Shown here in pieces: positions 11,401-21,016 of a stretch of 64,000 nucleotides of DNA. Source of the stretch: an uncultured delta proteobacterium (lineage in GTDB: Bacteria; Desulfobacterota; Desulfomonilia; UBA1062); the NCBI GenBank assembly GCA_963847605.1, contig CAWKAM010000008.1:78084-142083 (forward strand). The letters are read 5' to 3'. The stretch's first letter is position 1, and every line of letters begins with the position of its first letter. Below the pieces are notes generated by a model, which ran no database searches, was not told the DNA's origin, and saw only the letters and a list, made by a program, of their open reading frames with translations. A program made the position numbers and the translations under genes.

Positions 11401-11524
11401 GGGCACCGGGCTGGGGCTCGCAATCGCACATGAGGTGGTAAAGAATGCTCAAGGGTCTATACTCCTTCACAGTGAGGTAGGAAAAGGAACACGATTCGAG
11501 ATCTATTTTCCCCTCGCACCTTGA
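8465..11524 (+). CDS. multi-sensor (PAS/GAF) signal-transduction histidine kinase
   Basis: 1019 aa with multiple PAS-like blocks (DITERK repeats). HisKA H-box (AAGIAHDFNNII) and HATPase_c G-boxes (RDTGCGI, GTGLGLAI) at the C-terminus. Confidence 0.85.
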   Translation: MKEGNGKETNATDLRRRAENRLGETQAATGPHPKKEDTSKLIHELQVHQIELEMQNEELIQARAEIEASLEKYSDLYDFAPVGYFTLTDEGIIREVNLTGTALLGEERSHLINQRFGLFISIETQPVFFAFLKKVCEGNTKEKCEIVLTRGKDNPRHIHLVGRAWEAGNSMDRLCMMAALDITERKLAEEALRKAKEELEKRVMERTAELRNANEQLQVELTQRERAEEKLGESEQRFRLMFEHHQAVMLLVDPESGAIVDANHAAEKFYGYPRATLTTMNIADINQLPPEIIAAERQNAKLEARNYFVFPHLLAGGEIRTVEVRSTPIVVQGALLLFSIVHDITERRKAEEALRQKTDELDHFFNVTLDLLAIAGTDGYFRRLNLAWERTLGYTCEELMAAPFFDFIHPDDVERTREAVAMLASQQEVINFQNRYRRKDGTYRWIEWVAAPSGNMIYCSARDITERKQTERHLRKEAERTSLFLELYLNAPQMSDKELYDYVLEKAVNLTDSSIGFFHKVAEDQKTIILTAWNNKALMNCTAVFDDHYPIDQAGNWVDSVRLRRPVVYNDYQSSPNRKGFPEGHTPVMRFMSIPVLEKDKARIIFGVGNKAEEYDEHDIDQLQLVAYEMLKIMKQRRSDNALLKSEESYRMLFNSITDAVFVHEVNSDGTPGLFLEVNDIACRRLGYSREELLAMSPADIDAPASESGTDNMLTLEQLAAAQNVVYEQTHVTKDQQRIPVEINSCKVSLHGCSCVISLVRDITDRKQAEEEKKRLETQLIHAQKMEALGTLAAGIAHDFNNIIQPILINSELISDTLPLGTQEREYLDVIIDAAQLGKNFVRQIKVFGSGKKASSKPIDLGPVVRDALIFFKRSLPHDIKFRQRIPTKESLVQTDPTQVHQLILNLCGNAVQAMNPGKGSLDVFLKETEVTSATPALVNNLKPGKYMILTVRDTGCGISPEMQGRIFDPFFTTRKARMGTGLGLAIAHEVVKNAQGSILLHSEVGKGTRFEIYFPLAP

Positions 11525-11558
11525 TTCTCCGGATTAGCCTCTTATCTAAGGTCCACAT

Positions 11559-11936
11559 ATGAACACAGAGATCGAGAAGTATATCCTCTTGGTTGATGAC
11601 AACACAGTAGACCTTCACAGTATCCATCAACTGCTCGTCAATCTGGGGTACGATGTGACCTCAACCACTGATTCTCAAGAAGCCCTCTCCATGTTCCGTA
11701 ACGAGCCGGATAAATTCGATATGATTATAACCGATCAGTTCATGCCGAGGATGAAAGGTCATGAACTGGTAATTAGTGTGCGTGAGATCCGAAAAGATAT
11801 TCCCGTCATTGTCTGTTCCGGGTCTGAAGGAGCTCTCCAGGAGCTGCAAGAACAAATGAGAGACTTTCAGGAATTCTTGCTCAAGCCTTTTTCAAGATCT
11901 GAACTTGCAGATACCATCCACCGTATACTGACATAA
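11559..11936 (+). CDS. single-domain response regulator (CheY-like REC)
   Basis: 125 aa. ILLVDDN ... DMIITDQFMP ... conserved D/D/K receiver pattern. Confidence 0.8.
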   Translation: MNTEIEKYILLVDDNTVDLHSIHQLLVNLGYDVTSTTDSQEALSMFRNEPDKFDMIITDQFMPRMKGHELVISVREIRKDIPVIVCSGSEGALQELQEQMRDFQEFLLKPFSRSELADTIHRILT

Positions 11937-12087
11937 GATCACTTTAATTTTTTTAAACATGATACCCGCCAGAGCCTAGACTTGAAACCAATAACACCAT
12001 ACTTTAAGAATTAGGCATGGAAGCATACCCTACTTTCTTTCGTAATCGCTAAATATTTTCTCATAAAAGGTCGATGGATCAATAAGT

Positions 12088-12945
12088 ATGAATGCAATCA
12101 TTGGTGCAGTCGTGGTATTGTCCTGTGTGGTCGGCGGATACCTGCTGGAGCACGGGAACCTCAGTGTCATCATGCAGCCGACGGAAGTCCTCATCATCTT
12201 CGGCGCCGCCACAGGGGCACTCCTCATCATGTCTCCTTTCAAGCTCCTTAAGGAGATCCTGAAAAACATATCAAGCGTTGTGAAGCCAAAGAATTACGAC
12301 TCAAAGAAGTACATAGAGGTGCTCTCGCTGCTCTATGAGATATTCAACAAGATGCGCAAGGAGGGCATTATCGCCATCGAGTCCCATGTTGAGGAGCCGA
12401 ACAAGAGCGAGATCTTTAAAAAATATCCTGCAATCCTGAAGAACCATCGCACGCTTGATTTCATCTGCGACAGCCTTAAGATCCTGCTCTCCATCGATAT
12501 ACCGCCTCATGAATTCGATAATCTATTGGAGGTGGACATAGATGCCAATACGGCGGAGGCAAGCCATCCCTACCACCGCATCGCCAAGATAGCCGATTCA
12601 TTGCCCGGACTCGGAATCGTGGCCGCGGTGCTCGGCGTTGTGCTCACCATGCAAAAGATCAACGAGCCGCCTGCGGTGCTCGGTGAAAGCATCGGGGCGG
12701 CACTCGTAGGAACCTTTCTCGGTGTGCTCACGTGTTATGGCTTTGTCGGCCCTCTTGCAACACTGATGGAGCACCAGATCAAGGAGGAGGAGTCATATTA
12801 CCAAGTGGTCCGCATAGCAATTGTCTCTTATGTGGCGCGCTCCATCCCCCAGATTGCTATTGAATTCGCACGCAGGGCCATCCCGGAGAGTGTTCGGCCC
12901 AGCTTCAATGATCTCGAAAAGATTATGAAGGGCAAAGGCAAGTAA
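12088..12945 (+). CDS. motA: flagellar motor stator protein MotA (MotA/TolQ/ExbB family)
   Basis: 285 aa, four TM segments, MotA-like C-terminal TM3/TM4. Immediately followed by motB. Confidence 0.75.
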   Translation: MNAIIGAVVVLSCVVGGYLLEHGNLSVIMQPTEVLIIFGAATGALLIMSPFKLLKEILKNISSVVKPKNYDSKKYIEVLSLLYEIFNKMRKEGIIAIESHVEEPNKSEIFKKYPAILKNHRTLDFICDSLKILLSIDIPPHEFDNLLEVDIDANTAEASHPYHRIAKIADSLPGLGIVAAVLGVVLTMQKINEPPAVLGESIGAALVGTFLGVLTCYGFVGPLATLMEHQIKEEESYYQVVRIAIVSYVARSIPQIAIEFARRAIPESVRPSFNDLEKIMKGKGK

Positions 12946-13778
12946 TGTCTGAAAATAAAGAACAGCCTGTCATCATAAAAAAACACAAAAAGGGCGGCGA
13001 AGAAGGGCACGGCGGGTCATGGAAGGTGGCGTATGCCGACTTTGTCACCGCAATGATGGCCTTCTTCCTTCTCCTGTGGCTGTTGAGCATGACCTCCCAA
13101 CAGAAAAAGATTGCACTATCCGAGTACTTTCAGAATTATTCAATCTTTGAGAAGGGCGGCGGTGCTGCCGTTGCAACCCTCCAGGATGTCCCCGGCAAAG
13201 GTATGTTTGATGTAGGCAAGGGTGCAAAGCCCCCTCCCCCATCATCCATGGTCGCGAGCGATCTTGCAGATAAAGTCAAGAAGCAGGTTCAAGATAACCT
13301 CAAAGAATTTCAGGACAGGGTGCTTGCCTTCGATGATAACGGCAACCTGCGTATCGAGATCATCGATACAGGGGGCACCTCATTTTTCAATGTGGGCGGC
13401 ATCGATCTCTCAGAGAGCGGTAAGGCCCTTATCAAGGGTATAGCCCCTGCGCTGAAAGGGTTGGACAAAAAAATCATCATCGAGGGCCACACGGATTCAC
13501 TCGGATATAAAGGAATGACGTTCACCAACTGGGAATTATCCACACAGCGTGCATCAGCGGCACGTGTCGAACTCGAGAAAAACGGGATACCGCCAAATCA
13601 GATCGAGATGGTGGCGGGGTACGCCGACAGCAAACCCTTCATTAAAAACAATCCTGCCGATCCCAAGAACCGCCGTATCACAATAGTGGTTGATAATAAG
13701 TCATCAACAAAGCAACCACCTCCAGCCCAGAGCATGCAGAAACCAAAGCTCCCGGATTCGCCTCCGGGCCTGCAATAG
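12945..13778 (+). CDS. motB: flagellar motor protein MotB (OmpA-like peptidoglycan-binding C-terminus)
   Basis: N-terminus WKVAYADFVTAMMAFFLLLWL is the MotB TM/plug signature. C-terminal OmpA-like domain (IEGHTDSLG). Confidence 0.8.
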   Translation: MSENKEQPVIIKKHKKGGEEGHGGSWKVAYADFVTAMMAFFLLLWLLSMTSQQKKIALSEYFQNYSIFEKGGGAAVATLQDVPGKGMFDVGKGAKPPPPSSMVASDLADKVKKQVQDNLKEFQDRVLAFDDNGNLRIEIIDTGGTSFFNVGGIDLSESGKALIKGIAPALKGLDKKIIIEGHTDSLGYKGMTFTNWELSTQRASAARVELEKNGIPPNQIEMVAGYADSKPFIKNNPADPKNRRITIVVDNKSSTKQPPPAQSMQKPKLPDSPPGLQ

Positions 13779-13953
13779 ATCACAGCCGAATAAAGTCACA
13801 CAAAGGTGCATGGCCGCTTAAGGAGGACTGACTCCGACCCCTGCAGGCATGTATGACCTCCCATAAAGGGTTGCCTCTTTACAAAGGTTGCCTCTTTAAG
13901 AGATCATTACTCATGTGGCATAAATTACCTATGAAGGAGATAAATCAAGGATC

Positions 13954-14463
13954 ATGGCTGATGTGATTCGCAGGTGCACTGATTCGGATTTTCATACCAT
14001 TTTTGAGATAATAAATGATGCCGCTTCTGCCTACAAGGGTGTGATCCCTCAAGACCGCTGGCATGAACCATACATGAGCCAGGCTCAGCTTCAATTTGAG
14101 ATCGAGGATGGGGTTGTGTTCTGGGGGCTCGAGATTGAGGGAAAACTTGCAGGTGTCATGGGGATACAGGACAGGGGCGATATAACCCTGATCCGTCACG
14201 CCTACGTGAGGTCGTCCTTGAGGAATACCGGCATCGGCACAAGGCTCCTGAAGCGCCTTGAGCCCATGAGCGTCAAGCCTATCCTTATGGGAACCTGGGC
14301 GGCTGCGGACTGGGCCGTTGCCTTTTACCTAAAAAACGGTTACCGCCAGGTGAGCCCGGAGGAAAAGAACCGCCTGCTGCGGAAATACTGGTCCATACAT
14401 GAAAGACAGGTCGAGACATCGGTGGTCCTTGCAAATGAAAGATGGAAAGGGTCGACACCATGA
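13954..14463 (+). CDS. GNAT family N-acetyltransferase
   Basis: 169 aa. Acetyl-CoA binding motif region (RNTGIGTRLL) typical of GNAT. Confidence 0.65.
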   Translation: MADVIRRCTDSDFHTIFEIINDAASAYKGVIPQDRWHEPYMSQAQLQFEIEDGVVFWGLEIEGKLAGVMGIQDRGDITLIRHAYVRSSLRNTGIGTRLLKRLEPMSVKPILMGTWAAADWAVAFYLKNGYRQVSPEEKNRLLRKYWSIHERQVETSVVLANERWKGSTP

Positions 14464-14557
14464 GGCCTTCACATTCCGGACATTCGCATTTTAAAAATCC
14501 CTTCAACCTGCTCCACTATGAGAAGACAAGAGGTTCGATGAGAGAAGGAGGCTTAGA

Positions 14558-14947
14558 GTGTTTACCAGCATGTTATTCATTCTCATAGCAATTGGTTTGA
14601 TTGCCGGGATCCTTTCCGGCCTGTTCGGTATCGGTGGCGGAATCATCATCATTCCGGCCCTGATATATATTCTGGGATATTCCCAGCACAAGGCCACAGG
14701 CACCAGTCTTGCCGTGCTCCTGCCGCCGATAGGCATAGCCGCTTTCATCGAATACTATCGTCATAACAATGTCGACCTGAAGGCCGCCCTGATCATAGCC
14801 GCATTCGCCATCATAGGCGGCTGGATCGGTGCACTGTATGCAAACCGGCTCTCAGCCCCGGTGCTGCGCCTCCTCTTCGGCGTTCTCATTGTCGTCCTCG
14901 GAGGATATATGGCAATCGGTGCCCTGAGGAAACTCGGATACCTGTGA
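14558..14947 (+). CDS. TauE/SafE (DUF81) family membrane protein, short form
   Basis: 129 aa with four hydrophobic helices. GxGGG and LLPP motifs typical of the TauE/SafE half-unit. Confidence 0.45.
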   Translation: MFTSMLFILIAIGLIAGILSGLFGIGGGIIIIPALIYILGYSQHKATGTSLAVLLPPIGIAAFIEYYRHNNVDLKAALIIAAFAIIGGWIGALYANRLSAPVLRLLFGVLIVVLGGYMAIGALRKLGYL

Positions 14948-15124
14948 TCATCAGGATGATCCTTTTCTCAACTATACAAAAGGCAAGACCATTTTATCCG
15001 GATTGACGCTTGACGCTTGATCTTTAAGATATGCCATACAGGCCGACGGCATCGTGCGAGAGGCCTATGCCTATCTTCATCACAAGATCTATGGTAATGT
15101 TTATCTCTGCGGATAAAAATACAC

Positions 15125-16276
15125 ATGATACTTCCCCATGGGGGTCTTCAGGTGAACAAGAAAGTCGATGACATGCGGATACATCCCCATCAGCAAATGC
15201 TTGCGAAGATATTCACCTCTGTCCGCCTCATGGGGCCGCCCATGAGCGAGAAGCTTCTGGAACTCGTTTGCCATCTCTTCAGCCCGGAAGAGGCCTGCAT
15301 TGCGATACATCTGCCCTTCTACCTGCCCAAGTCCCTTGAAAAGATCGCCCGCCGGGCCCGGAAAAGTCCCGATGCAATCAGGCAGAATCTGGAGGTTATG
15401 GCACAGAGAAGGGTAATTTACGGTTCCGAGGAGGGCTACTCCCTCCTGCCGCTCATCCCCGGCATGTTCGAGTATCTGCTCATGGATGGGAGGGATTCGC
15501 CCTGGCACAGGAGATATGCGCAGCTCATCAACGGCCTCTATGCCACCGGCTATACGAGCGAATACAGCACAAGGCCCTCCCCGCTCATCCGCAACATACC
15601 CGTGGAGACTGTTATAGAGAGCACGAACCGTGTTGTGGATTCAGACCTCATGAGCGAGATGATTGAAGCCCATGATAAACTGGCTGTATTGAACGTATGC
15701 CAATGCAGGCAGTCACACATATTCTCGGGCCACGAATGCAAACGATCCGGTGCGACTGACGGATGCCTCGTTTTCGGAAGCCTTGCCGAGGTTTCCGTTG
15801 AGAGGAGAAGCGGAAGATTTGTGAGCAGGGAAGAGATGCGGGATATCGTCCAGGACCGCTGGGAGAAAAACCTTGTCTTCATGTCGGCCAACCTCGTGCC
15901 GGCAAGCACGAACGCCATCTGCACGTGCTGCGACTGCTGCTGCCACTATATCGAATCCGTCAACCGGTTCGGCGGCCGGGTCTCCCTGGCACAACCCCAC
16001 TTCATCGCCGCTGTAGACGAATCCGCCTGCAATTCATGCGGCAGGTGTGCGAAGGTCTGCAACACATACGCCCACAGGGTTAAAGACAAGCAGCATGTCT
16101 ACGATTCAGCCGAATGCATCGGGTGCGGCCTGTGCGTCAAGGCATGCCCGAAAAAGGCCGTCTCCATGAGAGAGAACAGCGACTATTCGCCGCCTTCCAA
16201 GAGCTGGTTGCATTTCGGACTGCGAATAATGCCGGCAGGCATTTTGTCTCAGATCAGGGTGGCGATGTCGCGGTAA
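15125..16276 (+). CDS. 4Fe-4S dicluster (ferredoxin-type) domain protein
   Basis: Two CxxCxxCxxxCP motifs (CNSCGRCAKVCNT; CIGCGLCVKACP) near the C-terminus. Additional Cys cluster CTCCDCCCH. Confidence 0.55.
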   Translation: MILPHGGLQVNKKVDDMRIHPHQQMLAKIFTSVRLMGPPMSEKLLELVCHLFSPEEACIAIHLPFYLPKSLEKIARRARKSPDAIRQNLEVMAQRRVIYGSEEGYSLLPLIPGMFEYLLMDGRDSPWHRRYAQLINGLYATGYTSEYSTRPSPLIRNIPVETVIESTNRVVDSDLMSEMIEAHDKLAVLNVCQCRQSHIFSGHECKRSGATDGCLVFGSLAEVSVERRSGRFVSREEMRDIVQDRWEKNLVFMSANLVPASTNAICTCCDCCCHYIESVNRFGGRVSLAQPHFIAAVDESACNSCGRCAKVCNTYAHRVKDKQHVYDSAECIGCGLCVKACPKKAVSMRENSDYSPPSKSWLHFGLRIMPAGILSQIRVAMSR

Positions 16277-16329
16277 ATCGATCGGTACCCCGGGAATCAG
16301 GAATAAAAATATTTCAAGCGAGGTGGCTG

Positions 16330-16809
16330 ATGGAGACCTGGAAACTCCCGCCTAAGGCTAAAATATATGAGGCCATGAGTGCGGTGGCCGACAACAGAAT
16401 AAAGATCACCGGCAAGACAAACGCCGAAGTAACCTCATCGTCGCATGACAAGACCTATACCGTAGTATGGAGCGAGGACCTCACCCAGATCACGTCCAAT
16501 GACAATGCCTCCTATTGGCAGGGTTATCTGGGCTACCCCATCGTAGCCGTGCTCATGATAAGGGGAGATATCACCTTCGACAGGGAGATCACAGAAAACC
16601 TCAAGGGCATTCCCTGGAAAGATATCAACAAGCGGTTCAGGAACGACTATGAAAAGGCCGTAGACTCGGTGCTGAGCTCGCTTGAAGAAAAGGGGATCGA
16701 TACGAGTGTTCTCACAGCAGAAATAGAACGGATCATGGCCCAGCTCGGGCATCTATCATTAAAGAAACTCCCCAAGGGTGCAAGGCCACCGAAAAAACGG
16801 CCCGGCTGA
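16330..16809 (+). CDS. hypothetical protein
   Basis: ORF in a different frame from the upstream Fe-S gene. Start chosen at METWKLPP, preceded by GAGGTGG. No recognisable motif. Confidence 0.3.
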   Translation: METWKLPPKAKIYEAMSAVADNRIKITGKTNAEVTSSSHDKTYTVVWSEDLTQITSNDNASYWQGYLGYPIVAVLMIRGDITFDREITENLKGIPWKDINKRFRNDYEKAVDSVLSSLEEKGIDTSVLTAEIERIMAQLGHLSLKKLPKGARPPKKRPG

Positions 16810-16874
16810 CCATATTCTCAATTGTATCTGTTCCGTGCAGAAATGCTTATATCAATTGTCGACATAGGTTTTTA

Positions 16875-18150
16875 TCAAGTTACCCAATGAGGCCGATCAG
16901 ACATCCAAACCCTCACCGTCTCATGCAGCCAATCATCGAGTCCTTTCACCATATAAAATCGCGGTAAAAGGAGATTGTCATGAGGAGAGATCACACCCTC
17001 ATCAACGGCGATTTTCGCCAGGGTCGTGTAAGGATAAATACGGATGCCGATGGTAATCTTCAAGGCATCCAAGTCGAGCGAATCAGCAAAGACAAGGCTT
17101 TCTTCAACCGACTCTTTCGTCTCGCCGGGACCTCCCAAAAGCAGGAAGCCCATCCTTTTTATCCCGAAGTCCTTTAGCATTTCTGAAGTTTTGAAGATCG
17201 TATCGGGGTTATACTTTTTATTCATGGTGCGAAGGATTCGCTCACAACCGCTTTCGAATCCCAAACTTGCCTCTTTGCAACCGGCTCTTGACAAGAGATC
17301 AATAAATTCTCCATCAACCTTCCCGGGGTAAATGATACACCTAAAGAATATTTTCAATCCGCTCTTCATAAGTCTAAAACAAATCTCTTTGGCATAGGGC
17401 AAAGGGATATTGAAGGTATTATCAACAAAATAGAACCGTTTGAATCCTGCATCAACGTGGCTGGCTATTTCCTCAATGACTAATGCCGGACTTCGTTTCC
17501 TGATGGAGCGGCCTTCTATTAAACTTGTTGAACAATAACTGCAGTCCATGGGACAGCCACGCCTCGTCTGAACCGGCATCCATATCTCCTGGTCATTGGG
17601 GACACTGAGAGACGAAATGAGGGCATCGGCCAAAGGCAACGTATCCAGGTTTTTCACAAACTTCCTTTTCCCCTGAAGTCCAAGACCCCGCAGATAGAGC
17701 CCGGGCGTTCCTGAAAAGCCTGCGCCACGGCTGATCCTATCCAGAAGGATGGGGAATATGCCTTCTCCCTCTCCTTGTATTCCCATATCGGCTTCCAGAT
17801 AATCCAAGACACTTTCCGGGAAGATGCTGTAACCTGCCCCGCCCAAGACGATTATGGCGTGAGAAAGATCTCGACAATCCGTTACTGTTTTCTTGACCTG
17901 ATCCAATAAAAATCTCGGGCTTTCCATCTTCTGGTCGTCTATATTTCTTACGGAGATGCCTATGACCTCGGGATGAAAAGATTTCAACAGCCTCCATGAT
18001 GGACAACCGGTTATCCTGCCGGGTCATGAGGTCCAGCAATCTTACCTCATGCCCTGCGTTTCGTGTCGCTACGGCAACACAATTCAATCCCAAGGGCAGC
18101 GGAAGGATATTGGTCTGTTCAGTATTTGCGGAAATAAGGAGTATTCGCAT
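16875..18150 (-). pseudogene. B12-binding-domain radical SAM protein, N-terminal B12 domain and radical-SAM core in different frames (frame change near 17985-18030)
   Basis: ORF 17737-18150 starts with the B12-binding pattern (MRILLISANTEQ...LPLGL...VAVATRNAGHEVRLLDL) then turns to nonsense. ORF 16875-17987 carries the CPMDCSYC (CxxxCxxC) radical-SAM motif and starts mid-domain. Confidence 0.6.
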
Positions 18151-18361
18151 GTTTTATTCTGACTAAAGGATGTTAGATCAATATCGATCTTTTTTCAATA
18201 ATCAAGAAAATGATGTGAATTTGACAGTAAAAATGATGGACTGTTGCAACAGACAGGGTTCATGATACATAAGAGAAATGAGCATAGGATCTGATCTTGA
18301 TTAAAACGCAAACCCTTTCAGATGACGTCCAGTTCAATGATAAAGGGGGGTATCACCCGTC

Positions 18362-19933
18362 ATGTCTTCCATAAGGATTGAGACATGGGTCGTTATTTCA
18401 ATCTTTGTCTTGCTCCTCTTCCTCATTCCCGGCATCAACCATGGGTTGTGGAGGCCCGATGAACCCCGGGTTGCAGGCATATGTGCCGAGATGGCACGGA
18501 CCCATGATTTTGTTATTCCCCACCTAAACGGCAAACCCTTTCTCGAAAAGCCTCCCCTTTACTATGCTGCAGGGGCTCTCGCCGGTTCTCTCCTCGGTGG
18601 GGATAGCGACATCCCTTACCGCCTTGTATCGCTCTTCATCGGGGTACTCACAATCATCATCACCTTTTTGACGGCATCAAGAAAGGGCGGGCCCATCATG
18701 GGCCTCATTGCGGGGGGCATCCTGGCAAGCACATGGGAGTTCTTCATGTTATGCAGATGGATACAGGTGGATGTCATCCTTGTCTTCGGTGTGACTATGG
18801 CCATGTATGCATATCAAAAATGGCTGGATTCCGCCAAGGCCGCCTATTCCATCATGTTAGGTCTTGCTGCGGGGATCGCCTTCATGGGGAAAGGCATGGT
18901 CGGACCGGCAATCGTCGCTTCAGCCATATTAGCAGACATCATACGCCGCAGAGATCTCAGTACATTCAGGCGAATCAGGCCGTTTGTGGTTCTTGCATTC
19001 ATACTTATTGCTGTGCTGCCCTGGATTGTCGCCCTCTGGAACCGCGGAGGCTGGTCTTTCATCAGAGAGGTAATCGTGGTGAACAACCTCATGCGTTTCA
19101 CGGGCGCTCCCGAAGGTGCGGCGCTCGGGCATCAGAACGGCCCCCTGTATTATCTTGAACACTTCCCGGGAAATTTTCTGCCATGGACCCTGATCTTTAT
19201 CCCCGCTTTCATTGCATCCATCAGGAAGTTCAAGGATGACCCCTATATCTGCTGGTTCATCGCCCCGTTCATCCTCCTCTCCATCGCTTCGACCAAGAGG
19301 GGTTTATACCTGGTGCCGTTGTACCCCGCTGCTGCATGCATGACCACAGACTGGATCGTGAATGCGCATCGCATGAAATGGGAAGAGCTTATCATAAAGA
19401 TTACCCGGGCCGTCTGCATCGCCGGCTGTCTTGCCCCCTTCGCCGGGGCCTTTCTCGGGATGCCGGTACTTGGGATAGCTTTTGGTGTGCTCGCGGTCTT
19501 CTCTCTGGTTCTCATCACAAGGACGACGGTGAAACAGCAAGAGGCCGTATCCCTGGTCATGATGGTGTGCATAGCCATGTGCGCATGCACGATGATCTAT
19601 TTCCCCTACATGAAGCCGGACAAGGACTACCTTGGTTTTGCACAACAGGCCCTTGCTACAGCGGGCAACAGCGAGATAACCCTTATCGACCCTGATGAGT
19701 CATTGGAGGGGGTGTTCCCTCTTGTTACCGGCAAGACCGCCAAGGAAATGTCTTCTCGAACGGATATCAGGGATGAGGGTTTCTATCTCTTGGCCGGGAA
19801 TAACGATACATTCATGAAGGCCTTACAACAGCGATCCAAGGTGGAGGTATTCATGGAGAGGAAGCTGGGTCAGAAAACGACACGGCTTTTGTTTATCAGG
19901 CCTGACACGGCCGGTAAAAAACCAAATATTTAG
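18362..19933 (+). CDS. glycosyltransferase family 39/83 (ArnT / PMT-like) integral membrane protein
   Basis: 523 aa polytopic membrane protein. N-terminal WRPDEPRVAGICAEM...PHLNGKPFLEKPPLYY matches the ArnT/PMT_2 loop motif. Confidence 0.7.
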   Translation: MSSIRIETWVVISIFVLLLFLIPGINHGLWRPDEPRVAGICAEMARTHDFVIPHLNGKPFLEKPPLYYAAGALAGSLLGGDSDIPYRLVSLFIGVLTIIITFLTASRKGGPIMGLIAGGILASTWEFFMLCRWIQVDVILVFGVTMAMYAYQKWLDSAKAAYSIMLGLAAGIAFMGKGMVGPAIVASAILADIIRRRDLSTFRRIRPFVVLAFILIAVLPWIVALWNRGGWSFIREVIVVNNLMRFTGAPEGAALGHQNGPLYYLEHFPGNFLPWTLIFIPAFIASIRKFKDDPYICWFIAPFILLSIASTKRGLYLVPLYPAAACMTTDWIVNAHRMKWEELIIKITRAVCIAGCLAPFAGAFLGMPVLGIAFGVLAVFSLVLITRTTVKQQEAVSLVMMVCIAMCACTMIYFPYMKPDKDYLGFAQQALATAGNSEITLIDPDESLEGVFPLVTGKTAKEMSSRTDIRDEGFYLLAGNNDTFMKALQQRSKVEVFMERKLGQKTTRLLFIRPDTAGKKPNI

Positions 19934-19970
19934 GCGATTCTGTCCGTTAATCAATGCCTTCTCTACGGCA

Positions 19971-20663
19971 CTAAGTCATATCTCCTATTCCCTTTCCACC
20001 AGGACAATTGCCCCTGCAGGCATGGCAGGTTTCCAGGGTATAACCTTTTACCGTGGTGATGATTGACTTCTCCCTGCAGTTTTTCTGTATTACCCTTGAT
20101 CCGTCCAGGGCCTTGCCGGGGCATTGATCGACGCACAGGCTGCACTTTCCGGAACAGAACGTATACCGGGCAATCGGGTCTCCATCCAGTGCTTCGTCTA
20201 AAAGCATTGCCCCCAGGGTAATCCTGTTTCCGAACACGTCATTGGTGAGCAGGGTGTTCTTTCCCATAACACCCAATCCGGCCACATACCCGGCATGTTT
20301 CAGCGACAGTATCCCCTTGCCTTCTTTTGTATCTGCATCCCAATACTCATACGGCTCACTCGGTACCGGCACTGCGATAATGCCCGCATCCTGCAGATTA
20401 AGTGAAACCCGGCAGGTTAGACGGAATACCTCATGGAGGATAGTCTCGGATGCAAACGTGTATGAAACGGGGCTTGCCGAATAAAAGGCGCCCTCGGGAA
20501 AACGCTTTGCCAGCACAACAACCGACCTCGTGCCGGAGAATATATCCTTTGGTCCAAAACCTTGCGGTGCATCTTTGAACCTTTCAACCGGGGCGATCCC
20601 GCACAGATCCGCACCAAGAATTTTAGCCATACTCTTCAGTTTTTTTGCAGTCATCTTTTTCAT
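19971..20663 (-). CDS. 4Fe-4S ferredoxin-type domain protein (QueG / reductive-dehalogenase-like Fe-S module)
   Basis: CSGKCSLCVDQCP and CHACRGNCP motifs. N-terminus LGADLCGIAPVERF resembles the QueG N-terminus. Start set at the ATG with a GGAGG site 9 nt upstream. Confidence 0.45.
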   Translation of the reverse strand: MKKMTAKKLKSMAKILGADLCGIAPVERFKDAPQGFGPKDIFSGTRSVVVLAKRFPEGAFYSASPVSYTFASETILHEVFRLTCRVSLNLQDAGIIAVPVPSEPYEYWDADTKEGKGILSLKHAGYVAGLGVMGKNTLLTNDVFGNRITLGAMLLDEALDGDPIARYTFCSGKCSLCVDQCPGKALDGSRVIQKNCREKSIITTVKGYTLETCHACRGNCPGGKGIGDMT

Positions 20664-21016
20664 GTGATCTTTCCTCCGTGACATCGGATGCACTTCATAT
20701 TTTTAAGTCACCTAATGCAGGCAGGCAACGGACAGAGAAAACCATACGGACATAATTATCCAGAACAAGGCCTTTATCACCCCCGGGAAAGTCGCCGCTT
20801 CCCGAATCAGGTAAAGAGACTCCTCTCTCGGGACAAACCTGATCGAGTACTCAGGGGTAAACAAATACATGATATATGCAAATACCTTCGCCACTTTCAT
20901 ACCTCCATACATTGCAGTTTGCCGTCCATACCGTAATCCCTACAGCATTATCTACGAATGAATCCAATCGTCATATCTGATGGACACGTTCACAAATCCT
21001 GATTATATACTTTTAC

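Noticed and set aside
16114-16329. Long upstream extension of the 16330 ORF (from the ATG at 16114), overlapping the 3' end of the Fe-S gene, as a possible frameshift fusion.
   Set aside because: The extension translates to low-complexity Arg/Ala-rich sequence without motifs. A start at 16330 with a GAGGTGG site fits better. A frameshift link to the Fe-S gene cannot be excluded given the error pattern elsewhere.
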